Made by a program: the position numbers and the translations under genes. 64,000 bases of DNA from Bacilli bacterium (lineage in GTDB: Bacteria > Bacillota_I > Bacilli_A > RF39 > UBA660), in the NCBI GenBank assembly GCA_017626405.1, contig JAGAIS010000001.1:358885-422884 (forward strand), in the 5' to 3' direction. The notes under the pieces were generated by a model. The model was not told the origin of the DNA and did not search any database. It saw only the letters and a list, made by a program, of their open reading frames with translations. Position 1 is the first letter of the stretch. Each line of letters begins with the position of its first letter. Of the stretch, positions 8,392-18,734 are shown piece after piece.

Positions 8392-10950
8392 ATGAAAAAA
8401 ATTGTCTTAATTGATGGAAATAATTTAATGTATAGGGCATATTATGCTACAGCATATACAGGGAATCTAATGAAAAACTCTAAGGGTATTGTAACTAATG
8501 CTCTATATGGTTTTGTAAATATGATAAATAAAATAATAGATGAGGAGAAACCAAAGTATTTAGCTGTCGCTTTTGATGTTGGAAAGAGTTTTAGACATCG
8601 TGAATATGCAGATTATAAAGCTGGAAGAAATGAGACTCCAACGGAATTATTAAATCAACTTGTAATGGTAAGAGAATTACTTGATAAAATGGGAATATAC
8701 AATATTAATGTCTTGGATTATGAAGCTGATGATATCATAGGTACGCTTGCTAAACGAGCTAATTTGGATCCAATGTGGGATGCAACTATTATTACAAGTG
8801 ATCATGATTATTTACAATTAATTACAGATATTGTCGATGTTAAACTATTGAGTCAAAAGGGATTTAAGAAATATAATCCAAGTACTTTTTATGAGGATTA
8901 TGGAATAGAACCTATTCATGTAATTGATTTGAAAGCTCTTATGGGAGATTCATCAGATAATATTCCGGGAGTTCCTGGTATTGGTGAAAAGACGGCATTA
9001 AAACTATTATCCGAATATAAAACTCTAGATAATTTATATGATAATATTGATAGTGTTAAGGGAAAACTACATGATAAATTAGTGGAAAATAAAGACTCAG
9101 CATATTTTTCTTATAAACTTGCAACAATCTATTGTGATGTTCCCGATATACCAGATTTTGAATGTATGGAATATAATGGACCTACTGAATGTTTGGATGA
9201 TTATTATAGAGAATTAGAATTCTATTCTTTGATTAAGACTCATGAACAAGTAAAAAAGGAAACAGCAAAAATTGAATTTAAAGAACTTAAAGATCTAAAT
9301 GATATTAATACGGAAAGACAGATAAGCTACTATATTGAATGTGATAAAGAGAATTATCATGATGGTAAAATTCTTGGTATGGGATTATATGATACAGTTA
9401 ATCTTTACTATATAGAACCTGATAGAGTTGTCGATGTAATGAATCATATTAGAAATCGCGTTAAATATACATTTGATTTAAAAAAGAATATGGTATTACT
9501 TAAGGATGTTGAAATAAACACTATTTATGATATGAGTATAGCTGCTTATCTTTTAAATAAGAATTTTAAGGATGATTTGGCAATACTAATGAACAATGAT
9601 TCTATTAATGCGACTACATATCATGATTTAGTTAAGAGTATGAATATTGAAGATATTAAAAATACTGTTACTTCTAAAGCAAAATATATATATGATTTGC
9701 ATGATAAATATATCGATGATTTAAAAAGTGAAGAAATGTATGAACTATTTGATACTATTGAAATGCCTTTAGTAAGAGTTCTTGCTAAGATGGAACTTGC
9801 GGGTATTCGATGTGACGCTAAAGTATTGAGTAAAATGAAAGAAGAAATGGATGTCAAGATTGAGAATATAAAAAGTCAAATATATTCTCTATGTGGTCAT
9901 GAATTCAATATTTCATCCCCAAAACAACTTGGAGAAGTTTTATTCGAAGAACTAGGATTACCTCATAGTAAAAAGGGCAGTACGGGATATAAAACGGGAG
10001 CTGAAGTATTAGAAAAACTAATTGGTGTTCATCCTGTTATCGAACTTATCTTAGATTATAGAAATTATACTAAGTTATCTAGTACTTATCTTGAAGGCTT
10101 AAAAAAATATATTCGTGATGATGGAAAGATTCATACAATATATAAGCAGACATTAACGCGTACAGGTAGGCTTTCGTCAGTTGATCCAAACTTGCAAAAT
10201 ATACCAGCTCGCGATGAACTTGGAAGACTTATCAGAAAAGCATTTTTGCCGGTTAATCAAGTTTTCTTATCTGCAGATTATTCACAAATAGAATTAAGGA
10301 TATTAGCTCATATTTCTAAATCGAAGGAATTAATAGATGCCTTTGTTAGGGGAGATGATATTCATACTAAAGTTGCAGCCGATATATTTAATAAGAGTAT
10401 GGATGATGTTACTAAGACAGAGAGAAGAACTGCAAAGGCTGTAATATTTGGAATTGTCTATGGAATAAGTGGATTTGGATTGGGCGAAAATATTGGCCTA
10501 TCTACTAAGGAAGCAAAGCAGTTTATAGATAAATACTATGAACTATATCCGGGAGTTAAAAACTATATGGATATGATTGTAGCATCATCTAAAGAGACAG
10601 GATATGTTAGAACGCTTTTTAACCGCAAAAGAAATATCGATGAATTATTCAGTTCTAATTTTATGATTAGACAAAGTGGAGAAAGAATAGCTTTAAATAC
10701 GCCTATTCAAGGTACTAGTGCTGATATTATTAAAATGGCAATGGTTGAGGTTGATAGAGCATTTGAAGCAAATAATATAAAATCTCAAATGTTACTTCAA
10801 ATACACGATGAATTAGTATTTGACTGTTTAGAGGAAGAAAAGGAAAAAGTAAAGGATATTGTTAAAACTATTATGGAAGGTATCGTCGATTTTAGTGTTC
10901 CATTAAAAGTAAGTACAGATTTTGGAACGGATTTATATGAGACAAAATAA
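8392..10950 (+). CDS. polA: DNA polymerase I
   Basis: 5'-nuclease N-terminus (LIDGNNLMYRAYYA), HhH (GDSSDNIPGVPGIGEKTA), polymerase motif A (LSADYSQIELRILAH), motif B (RRTAKAVIFGIVYG), motif C (LLQIHDELVF). ATG at 8392 after AGGTGA is preferred over the track GTG at 8383. Confidence 0.95.
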   Translation: MKKIVLIDGNNLMYRAYYATAYTGNLMKNSKGIVTNALYGFVNMINKIIDEEKPKYLAVAFDVGKSFRHREYADYKAGRNETPTELLNQLVMVRELLDKMGIYNINVLDYEADDIIGTLAKRANLDPMWDATIITSDHDYLQLITDIVDVKLLSQKGFKKYNPSTFYEDYGIEPIHVIDLKALMGDSSDNIPGVPGIGEKTALKLLSEYKTLDNLYDNIDSVKGKLHDKLVENKDSAYFSYKLATIYCDVPDIPDFECMEYNGPTECLDDYYRELEFYSLIKTHEQVKKETAKIEFKELKDLNDINTERQISYYIECDKENYHDGKILGMGLYDTVNLYYIEPDRVVDVMNHIRNRVKYTFDLKKNMVLLKDVEINTIYDMSIAAYLLNKNFKDDLAILMNNDSINATTYHDLVKSMNIEDIKNTVTSKAKYIYDLHDKYIDDLKSEEMYELFDTIEMPLVRVLAKMELAGIRCDAKVLSKMKEEMDVKIENIKSQIYSLCGHEFNISSPKQLGEVLFEELGLPHSKKGSTGYKTGAEVLEKLIGVHPVIELILDYRNYTKLSSTYLEGLKKYIRDDGKIHTIYKQTLTRTGRLSSVDPNLQNIPARDELGRLIRKAFLPVNQVFLSADYSQIELRILAHISKSKELIDAFVRGDDIHTKVAADIFNKSMDDVTKTERRTAKAVIFGIVYGISGFGLGENIGLSTKEAKQFIDKYYELYPGVKNYMDMIVASSKETGYVRTLFNRKRNIDELFSSNFMIRQSGERIALNTPIQGTSADIIKMAMVEVDRAFEANNIKSQMLLQIHDELVFDCLEEEKEKVKDIVKTIMEGIVDFSVPLKVSTDFGTDLYETK

Positions 10951-10979
10951 TTGACTTTATTTATTATTTTAAATATAAT
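10951..10979 (+). promoter_or_regulatory. sigma-A type promoter
   Basis: TTGACT, 17 nt, TATAAT directly after the polA stop and upstream of 11006. Confidence 0.5.
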
Positions 10980-11005
10980 ACTACTCGTTAGATGAGGGGT
11001 TAATT

Positions 11006-11797
11006 ATGGGATTAAATAAAGAAGCTATAGATAATTCAATTGTTTTATTGAGAGATTATGATGATATTATTGTTAACAAAAGGTTTATAAGAGAATTTCT
11101 TTCGATAATTGGAGATTCTCGAGAAGAAACAATAGGGTATCACTTTATCAATAGTAAGAGTAATCCGGCCAGTTTAGATTCAAAAGATATGTGTATATAT
11201 ATCGATCCAGTATATATGCCTTATTCTGTTGAGAGCAATATAAGATTATTTCAAAAGTTGTATCCGGAAATAGATGAAACATTTTTGCGAAACTTCTTTG
11301 CTGTAGGAACTATTTTACATGAGATATATCATTTAGATCAGGTTAAAATGGCTTATGCCAATGCTTCTTCTTATGAAGAAATAGGAAGATTATATAGAAT
11401 TTTTTATGATACTATGGATAGAAGTTTTTTAAATCGTTTAAAGTACAATGTTAATCCTGGTAGCTTTTTTCACGAGAGAAATGCTTGGATTATGTCATCT
11501 ATTGATTTAGCAAATATATATAGATATACCGCATTAGAACCTATTGCTACTAATATATATTTAGCTTCAATAATGGAGGGATATGAAAAATCCACTTGTC
11601 CAGTAAAGAAAACTCTTAATAAAATAGGTCTTCCTTATGGATTTGACTTGCGAGGAATTCCTTTTATTGAATTACTCTATAATGGTTTTATGGTTGATAT
11701 CGATAAATATAATCAAGTTATTGATTTTATTGGGAATACTCCTGTTGAAAAACTACATGTTGAAGAGATAGATAAAAAAATAAGAAGTTTAAGGTAG
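11006..11797 (+). CDS. hypothetical protein with HExxH motif (possible metallopeptidase-like)
   Basis: 263-aa ORF with GAGGGG SD. Contains GTILHEIYHLDQ (HExxH). No signal peptide. Confidence 0.55.
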   Translation: MGLNKEAIDNSIVLLRDYDDIIVNKRFIREFLSIIGDSREETIGYHFINSKSNPASLDSKDMCIYIDPVYMPYSVESNIRLFQKLYPEIDETFLRNFFAVGTILHEIYHLDQVKMAYANASSYEEIGRLYRIFYDTMDRSFLNRLKYNVNPGSFFHERNAWIMSSIDLANIYRYTALEPIATNIYLASIMEGYEKSTCPVKKTLNKIGLPYGFDLRGIPFIELLYNGFMVDIDKYNQVIDFIGNTPVEKLHVEEIDKKIRSLR

Positions 11798-11804
11798 TGA
11801 TGTT

Positions 11805-12623
11805 ATGCCAGAAATAGCTGAGGTTAGAACAGTTGCTAAAGTATTAAATAAAAGTATAGTTGGTAAGAGAATAATTGGAATTGATATTATTTATGATGGA
11901 ATTATTGATGGTGATATTGATAGTTTTAAAAATTCTATTAAAGATCATATAATTACTAATGTATCGAATTATGGAAAGTGGTTATTTTTAGTGCTTGGTG
12001 ATTTAACTATCATGTCTCATCTTAGAATGGAGGGAAAATATTACTATAAAGATTCTAAAGAACAAGTTGAAAAGCATGAACATATTATATTTCACCTAGA
12101 TGACAATCATGATTTAAGATATCATGATACACGAAAATTTGGGGTAATGAAACTTGTTAAGACTGAAGAAATCTATAAGACAAAAGAGATTAGTAAGCTG
12201 GGAATTGAACCTGATAATGCCAGTCTTACAGGAGAGTATTTATATAATTCTATTCACAGTTTAAAAGGACCAATTAAAAGCGCTTTGCTCGATCAGACAA
12301 TTATCAATGGTTTAGGTAATATATATGTAGATGAAGTTTTATTTTCAGCGAGATTAAATCCAAACAAAGAATGTATGAAAGTCAGTTTAAAATCATGTAA
12401 CTCAATTGTCGAATCTGCTAGTAGAATTATTCAAATGGCAACTAAGTGTGGAGGAACGACAATAAGAAGTTATACTTCATCACTCGGAGTTAAGGGATCG
12501 TATCAAGATTATCTAGTTGTTCATACTAAAGAAGGACTACCTTGTCCTGTATGTGGCACAGTAATTAAAAAGATAAGAGTTGGCGGAAGAGGGACTTATT
12601 ATTGTCCAAAATGTCAAAAATAA
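11805..12623 (+). CDS. mutM: formamidopyrimidine-DNA glycosylase
   Basis: N-terminal MPEIAEVRTV (catalytic Pro2/Glu3), H2TH region (LLDQTIINGLGNIYVDEVLF), C-terminal zinc finger CPVCG...YYCPKCQ. Confidence 0.92.
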   Translation: MPEIAEVRTVAKVLNKSIVGKRIIGIDIIYDGIIDGDIDSFKNSIKDHIITNVSNYGKWLFLVLGDLTIMSHLRMEGKYYYKDSKEQVEKHEHIIFHLDDNHDLRYHDTRKFGVMKLVKTEEIYKTKEISKLGIEPDNASLTGEYLYNSIHSLKGPIKSALLDQTIINGLGNIYVDEVLFSARLNPNKECMKVSLKSCNSIVESASRIIQMATKCGGTTIRSYTSSLGVKGSYQDYLVVHTKEGLPCPVCGTVIKKIRVGGRGTYYCPKCQK

Positions 12624-12649
12624 TGATATAATTACTTTAGAGGTGTAGT

Positions 12650-13621
12650 ATGAATAAAGAAGAAGAGTTTATAGAAGAAAAAGAATCAGAAAAAACAGAA
12701 GAAATTAAGCAAGAAAATAAAATTTGGCATATTGTTAAATTAATATTTATTATTATAACTGCTCCAATTTGGTTTCCATGGAAAGTTTTATTTGTCAGAA
12801 GAAAAAATCGCAAATTTAAAGATATGAGTACTCCAATTAAAGTATTTAGAGTATTGAGGAGTCCGATTACTTTACCATTAAAGTTTTGTATATTTATGCT
12901 TATTATTGGAATTGAAATCTTTATTGGCTATAAGATAAGATTTTCGCCAGTTACATATCCATTAACAAGAGCATCTGTCTATAGTCATTATTTACAAAAA
13001 TCGAATAACAAGTTAGATGGAGCAATGGGCGTATCAGCTTGTGAATTAAATACTCATTATGAAGAATTTAAGACAGCATTTTCCTATATAGATAAATGGG
13101 ATATAGATTCTAAGAATAAAATGTATGTAGTGCTTGATGCAGATATTACTAAGTTTGTATTTGAGTATATAGATGATGCTTCCGTATCATATATATTAAA
13201 TCGTTTTAATACGGAACCTGAACTTCGCGATGATGTTCAAATGATTTCTAAAGATGTCAATAAGATATTAAATCGTGGAATTAAAGAATTCCCTGAAATG
13301 GTTCCTTATGATGACTTTGATATATTTCTTGAGCCAGCATCATCTATAGGTGGTATGGTAGATTATCGACAAGCTCTAGATATTATATGGGCTGGTGTTA
13401 GTACGATGATAAATACTAATATGGTAGAAATAGATAATTCTTATACAGCTACTGAGATAGATTTTGAATCATATGATTTATGTATCGATTCTCTAGTTTA
13501 TTATAGTAAAGGTCACACAATAGTTGAAACATATAACTATATTAATGAAAAGTATAAAGATACGGATTTTGATTATTCAGAAGAAAATACTAATGTTATT
13601 ATATCTGATTATGAAGAATAG
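12650..13621 (+). CDS. hypothetical membrane protein
   Basis: 323-aa ORF with GAGGTG SD. Acidic N-terminus, two hydrophobic helices (IWHIVKLIFIIITAPIWFPW; FCIFMLIIGIEIFIGY). Confidence 0.55.
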   Translation: MNKEEEFIEEKESEKTEEIKQENKIWHIVKLIFIIITAPIWFPWKVLFVRRKNRKFKDMSTPIKVFRVLRSPITLPLKFCIFMLIIGIEIFIGYKIRFSPVTYPLTRASVYSHYLQKSNNKLDGAMGVSACELNTHYEEFKTAFSYIDKWDIDSKNKMYVVLDADITKFVFEYIDDASVSYILNRFNTEPELRDDVQMISKDVNKILNRGIKEFPEMVPYDDFDIFLEPASSIGGMVDYRQALDIIWAGVSTMINTNMVEIDNSYTATEIDFESYDLCIDSLVYYSKGHTIVETYNYINEKYKDTDFDYSEENTNVIISDYEE

Positions 13622-13652
13622 AGTATAAACACAGTAATATGAGTGTATATTT

Positions 13653-13683
13653 AAGCATTGATTAATAGATCAGTGCTTTTTTT
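13653..13683 (+). terminator. Rho-independent terminator
   Basis: AAGCATTGAT / ATCAGTGCTT 10-bp stem (one G-U pair), 6-nt loop, T7 run. Confidence 0.65.
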
Positions 13684-13790
13684 GCCTTTATTCGATAAAT
13701 ACTTTACTATTATTTGTTAACAAATTGTTAATCATATAATATTTGGCTATTTTTTATGTTATAATTAAAGCATACTAAGGAGGTATCTTT

Positions 13791-15530
13791 ATGAGTGATC
13801 AATTACTTGGAATGATAACTATTTTTTATTTAGTTATAACGATCATTTTTGTTGCTGTTGCAGTTTATTTGACAATTAAAAACATTAAAAAACTTTATAA
13901 AGATACTTTAACTCAACTTGAAAGAAATAAAAATTTAATTATCAGTGGTTCTATATTGTCAGAACTTAATAAAGTAGAATCTCTAATAAACAATAAAGAT
14001 TTGCAGGAAAAATATAATTATTGGAAATCTCAATTTAAAACAATTAAAGATGAAGAAGTTCCAAAAATTACTGATGAATTAATCGAAGTAGAAGATTTAA
14101 TCGATCATAAGATGAATGGAGAAATAAGAGAAAAATTAATTAAAATAGAATTTGAAATATATCTTGTTAAGAGTAAATCTCAAAAGTTATTGGATGATAT
14201 TAAGGAAATTACTTTATCAGAGCAAAAGAATAGGGAAATTGTCACTAAATTGAAGAGCGATTATCGCACGATATTTTTAGCATATAATAACAATAATAAA
14301 GAGGATTATTCCCTAATTCAAATTCCATTAGAATTACAATTTGAAAATGTCGATAAATTATTTTCCGCTTTCGAGATGGCAATGGAAAATAATGTCTATA
14401 CGGAAGTTGGCAAGATTGTCAAAGCTCTTGATGATACGATAGGAAACCTAAAAATTGTAATAGAAGAAGCTCCTAGTATTATTCTAATGGGTAAAAATAT
14501 GATTCCTAATCGCATTGATGAAGTTAAGAAAATATATGATAAGATGACTAATGAAGGGTATAATCTAGATTATTTAAAAATAGATTATAATATAAGTGAG
14601 TCGGAGAAAAAGATTGCTGATATTTTTGATCGCTTAAATGTTCTTAACTTGGAAGATTCGGTTTTTGAACTACGTACTATACTAGATTATTTTGATCATC
14701 TCTATAATGATTTCGATAAGGAAAAAGTATCGAGAAAACTATTTGATGGCTATATTAGAAGTGTCATTATGAAATGTAAAAAGTTAAAGAAAATTGTTGG
14801 CAATCTATCTAATAATATTGATAATATTAAAATTAGCTATGATTTAACTGACGATGATGTTAAGATAATATCTGAATTACAGGAGAATATTTTCGAGTGC
14901 GAAACTAAGTATGATGAAGTTATTGCTCTATATCGAGAGAAGAATACTGCGTATTCAAAACTAAATAAGGAAATGGAAATTATTAATCAAAAATTATTAA
15001 AGTGTGAAGATCGTCTTCATTATACTTTGAATAGTTTAGGAAGTTTAAAGGAAGATGAAATAAGGGCAAGAGAACAATTGGATGAAATTAGGAGTATTAT
15101 TAAGCAAGCAAAGAGTCATATGTCATCTTTTAAACTTCCGATTGTACCAAAGAATTATTATGTCGAATTAGAAGAGGCCAATGAAGCTATTAGAAATATG
15201 GTTATTGAACTTGAGAAACAGCCAATATCAATTAAAACATTAAACTTGAGAGTTGATACAGCAAGAGATCTTGTTTTGAAAGTTTTTAATACGTCACTTG
15301 AAATAGTTAAAACGGCATCGATGGCAGAAAATGCAATCGTGTTCGGCAACCGTTATAGGAGAGTTAATCCAAGTATTAATGCTGGACTTACAAAAGCGGA
15401 AAGAGAATTCTTTAAGGGAAATTTTAAGAGTAGTTTAGAATATGCCATTAATTCAATTAATATTGTAGAACCTGGTATTCATAAAAAATTACTTGATGCT
15501 TATAAATTAGAACAAGAAAGGGCTAGTTAA
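13791..15530 (+). CDS. ezrA: septation ring formation regulator EzrA
   Basis: Single N-terminal TM helix (ITIFYLVITIIFVAVAVYLTI) followed by ~540 aa of coiled coil. The 579-aa size is typical. Lies next to a cysteine desulfurase gene, which I recall being near ezrA in Bacilli. Confidence 0.82.
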   Translation: MSDQLLGMITIFYLVITIIFVAVAVYLTIKNIKKLYKDTLTQLERNKNLIISGSILSELNKVESLINNKDLQEKYNYWKSQFKTIKDEEVPKITDELIEVEDLIDHKMNGEIREKLIKIEFEIYLVKSKSQKLLDDIKEITLSEQKNREIVTKLKSDYRTIFLAYNNNNKEDYSLIQIPLELQFENVDKLFSAFEMAMENNVYTEVGKIVKALDDTIGNLKIVIEEAPSIILMGKNMIPNRIDEVKKIYDKMTNEGYNLDYLKIDYNISESEKKIADIFDRLNVLNLEDSVFELRTILDYFDHLYNDFDKEKVSRKLFDGYIRSVIMKCKKLKKIVGNLSNNIDNIKISYDLTDDDVKIISELQENIFECETKYDEVIALYREKNTAYSKLNKEMEIINQKLLKCEDRLHYTLNSLGSLKEDEIRAREQLDEIRSIIKQAKSHMSSFKLPIVPKNYYVELEEANEAIRNMVIELEKQPISIKTLNLRVDTARDLVLKVFNTSLEIVKTASMAENAIVFGNRYRRVNPSINAGLTKAEREFFKGNFKSSLEYAINSINIVEPGIHKKLLDAYKLEQERAS

Positions 15531-15532
15531 TT

Positions 15533-16660
15533 ATGGTTTATTTAGATTATTCGGCAACAACACCCGTTTTACCTGAAGTGTTAGATAGTTATAATAAAGT
15601 TACTGAGGAGTTCTTTGGGAATCCTAATAGTTTGCATAATTTAGGTGTTAAATCCAATGAATTACTTATGAGTGCAACTAAGCAAATTGCTGATCTTTTG
15701 GGAATAAGCGAGAGAGAATTTGTATATACAAGTGGGGCAACTATGTCCAATAATATGGCACTTTTAGGAGTAGCAAATGCCTATCGTAGATATGGAAATA
15801 GAATCGTGGTATCTAGACTCGAACATCCTAGTATATATGGGATATGTAAGTATTTAGAGAAACAGGGATTTGTTATAGATTATGTCGATGTTACAGAAGA
15901 GGGAGTAATTGACTTTGATGATTTAAAGAGAAAAGTTACTAAGGATACAATTCTAGTTAGTATATGTGCTGTCAATTCAGAAACGGGAGCTAGACAGCCT
16001 CTAAAGACAATTAGACAAGTTATGAGAAAGAACAATGAGAATTGTATATTTCACTCTGATATGACTCAGGCAATTGGAAAAGTAAATGTATCTGTTACCG
16101 ATGTTGATTTAGCTACTATAAGTGGCCATAAGATATATGGACCTAAAGGAATCGGAATGCTTTATAAAAATAAGAATTTAGTTTTAGCACCAATTCTATT
16201 TGGCAGTAATGAACTTGATTTATCTCCAGGAACTCCTCCTTTACCTTTAATTGTTTCTTTTGCTAAGGCTTTGAGACTTGCCTTAAAAGATATTTCGAAA
16301 AAAGAGGAAATCGTTAGAGGTTATAATGAGAAAATAATTGCTCATTTAAGAGAATTTCCAAATGTTAAAATCAATACTTCTAAGTATTGTATTCCTCATA
16401 TTTTAAATATAAGTCTAATGGATATTAAACCAGAAACTTTTATTCATGCACTTGAGATGGATGAAGTATATGTTTCATCTAATACAGCTTGTTCTAAGGG
16501 TAAGAAAAGCGAAGCAGTGTATGCAATGTATAAAGACGATATGAGAAGTGAGACAACTATACGCATAAGTCTTTCTTATATGACAATGCCTTCGGAAATA
16601 ACAGAATTCTTAAATTCTTTCGACAAGCACTATAATGAATTAATTGGTTTAAAGAAGTAA
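15533..16660 (+). CDS. cysteine desulfurase (NifS/IscS, class V aminotransferase)
   Basis: YLDYSATTP, SGATMSNN, PLP-lysine block ISGHKIYGPKGIGMLY, C-terminal active-site Cys region SSNTACS. Confidence 0.9.
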   Translation: MVYLDYSATTPVLPEVLDSYNKVTEEFFGNPNSLHNLGVKSNELLMSATKQIADLLGISEREFVYTSGATMSNNMALLGVANAYRRYGNRIVVSRLEHPSIYGICKYLEKQGFVIDYVDVTEEGVIDFDDLKRKVTKDTILVSICAVNSETGARQPLKTIRQVMRKNNENCIFHSDMTQAIGKVNVSVTDVDLATISGHKIYGPKGIGMLYKNKNLVLAPILFGSNELDLSPGTPPLPLIVSFAKALRLALKDISKKEEIVRGYNEKIIAHLREFPNVKINTSKYCIPHILNISLMDIKPETFIHALEMDEVYVSSNTACSKGKKSEAVYAMYKDDMRSETTIRISLSYMTMPSEITEFLNSFDKHYNELIGLKK

Positions 16661-16661
16661 T

Positions 16662-16690
16662 TTGACAAATATTACTAATTTTGATAGTAT
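16662..16690 (+). promoter_or_regulatory. sigma-A promoter of the trpS leader
   Basis: TTGACA (16662-16667), 17 nt, TAGTAT (16685-16690), with TG at the extended -10 position. Confidence 0.65.
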
Positions 16691-16696
16691 TTAGAT

Positions 16697-16932
16697 ATAT
16701 TTTAAATCAGTGATTTGGATTAGTAAATATAGGAGAAGTTTTAAAGAGAATAACGAGTTTGGTGGAATCGTTTAAATGGACTTATATTGAATGGACCAAT
16801 GAGAGATTTTCTGAATATAGTAGGGAAATCCGGAATTTTCTATTCCGTTAAAATTAGAACATATATGATAGTATATGATTTCATTAGGTGGCATAAGAAA
16901 CTTTTTCCTTTTGGGATTTAGTTTCTTTTTTT
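16697..16932 (+). promoter_or_regulatory. T-box leader, Trp-specific
   Basis: AGAGA element (16744-), GGTGGAA distal loop, TGG-A triplets at 16777 and 16792, F-box CCGTTA (16845-16850). T-box core ATTAGGTGGCATAAG carries UGGC, which matches a G discriminator + CCA. Terminator AAGAAACT/AGTTTCTT + T run at 16895-16932. Confidence 0.8.
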
Positions 16933-17018
16933 ATTTAGGAGTGGTAATATGAAGTATTTTAAGCGATGGTGCATTAGTATTTAAATTTAAAATATAATTA
17001 TTAGAAAGAGGAATTTTT

Positions 17019-18101
17019 ATGAAAAATATATTAACAGGCGATAGACCAACAGGAAGACTACATATTGGTCACTATGTAGGTTCTTTAAGAAGAAGAGTCG
17101 AATTGCAAAACGAAGGTGACTATGATAATTTTTATATTGAAATAGCTGATGCTCAGGCGTTGACAGATAATTATGATAATCCTGGCAAGGTGCGTGAAAA
17201 TGTTTTGGAAGTTGCACTAGATTATCTCGCTTGCGGTATAGATCCGAGCAAAGTTACAATTTTTATTCAATCTCAAGTTCCAAGTTTATGTGAACTTACT
17301 TTCTATTATATGAATCTTGTAACATTATCGCGTTTAGAGAGAAATCCAACAATTAAAGAAGAGTTAAAGATGAGAAAGTTTGGTTCTTCGATACCTGCAG
17401 GATTCTTAACTTATCCAATTAGTCAAGCAGCTGATATTACGGGATTTGATGCAACTATTATTCCGGTTGGTGAAGATCAACTACCGATGATTGAACAGAC
17501 GAGAGAAATCGTAAGATCATTTAATAACATTTATGGTAGTATTTTACATGAACCAAATGCAATATTACCAGAAAGTGAATCTGCCAATAGACTTCCGGGT
17601 ATTGATGGACGTGCTAAGATGAGTAAATCACTTAACAATTGTATTTATTTATCTGATGAACCCGAAGTTATAAAGGAAAAGGTTATGAGTATGTATACTG
17701 ATCCTGAACATATAAGAGTAGAAGATCCTGGTAAGATTGAAGGTAATACAGTTTTTACTTACTTAGATGTATTTGCTAAACCTGAACATTTTGAAAAATA
17801 CTTAAGTGATTATAAAAATCTAGATGAATTAAAGAACCACTACCAAAGAGGTGGAGTAGGAGATGTTAAAATCAAATTATTCTTAAATAACATCTTACAA
17901 GAAGAATTAGAACCAATTAGACAACGTCGCAAGATGTTAGCAAGCGATATTGAAAGTGTATATCGCATTCTTGAAGAGGGAACTAAAAAAGCTAATTTAG
18001 TATGTGATGAAGTATGTAATAATGTAAAAAAACTTATGGGACTAAATTATTTTAGTGACGAAAGTTTTTTAAATAGTCAAAGAGAAAAATATAATAATTA
18101 A
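17019..18101 (+). CDS. trpS: tryptophan--tRNA ligase
   Basis: GDRPTGRLHIGHYVG (HIGH region) and KMSKSLNN (KMSKS). Preceded by a T-box with a TGG specifier. Confidence 0.92.
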   Translation: MKNILTGDRPTGRLHIGHYVGSLRRRVELQNEGDYDNFYIEIADAQALTDNYDNPGKVRENVLEVALDYLACGIDPSKVTIFIQSQVPSLCELTFYYMNLVTLSRLERNPTIKEELKMRKFGSSIPAGFLTYPISQAADITGFDATIIPVGEDQLPMIEQTREIVRSFNNIYGSILHEPNAILPESESANRLPGIDGRAKMSKSLNNCIYLSDEPEVIKEKVMSMYTDPEHIRVEDPGKIEGNTVFTYLDVFAKPEHFEKYLSDYKNLDELKNHYQRGGVGDVKIKLFLNNILQEELEPIRQRRKMLASDIESVYRILEEGTKKANLVCDEVCNNVKKLMGLNYFSDESFLNSQREKYNN

Positions 18102-18150
18102 TAGTTTTTAATAATGATTATCTTATGATAAAATAATAATAGGTGACATT

Positions 18151-18672
18151 ATGGAAACAGGTTTAAAATTTATCTTATCTTCCTTTTTATTGTGCGTTAT
18201 AACAACTTTGTTAATTGCTATTAATTTTATATATAAGGATTTTTTTAAAGTAGAATACAACAAAAATCCAGAAATAAAAAATGTAGAAGTATTCGAAGAA
18301 GAATTTGAATATAATGGAATTATAGAAAAAATAAAAGTAGCTAATTATAAATCACATTTGGGATTTCAAATGAACTATGAATTGGATAAATTCAAACCTT
18401 CTTTGAAAAGTGATTCTAGTGTATATTTCTATTATAAGGATAATGTTGATATATATTTAAAGGTTGAAAAATTAAATAGAAGAGATTACTATGATTCTTA
18501 TAATAAAGATAATTCCCAAAAAGATAATAATGATTCAATATATCAATATGATTATTTGAGAAGCGATAAGTCTTATTTTAAAATCACTTTTAAGAATTTA
18601 GATAATCAGGATTATTCTTATTTGAACTCTAGATTTGAATATATGATTAATAGTTTCTATATTTTAGATTAG
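18151..18672 (+). CDS. hypothetical N-terminally anchored protein
   Basis: 173-aa ORF with AGGTGA SD and an N-terminal hydrophobic helix. Asn/Tyr/Asp-rich remainder. Confidence 0.5.
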   Translation: METGLKFILSSFLLCVITTLLIAINFIYKDFFKVEYNKNPEIKNVEVFEEEFEYNGIIEKIKVANYKSHLGFQMNYELDKFKPSLKSDSSVYFYYKDNVDIYLKVEKLNRRDYYDSYNKDNSQKDNNDSIYQYDYLRSDKSYFKITFKNLDNQDYSYLNSRFEYMINSFYILD

Positions 18673-18734
18673 ATATTTTTTGATTGTTATTTTTTATACA
18701 ATTGATTATAATTATATTTATTGGAGGTATTTAT

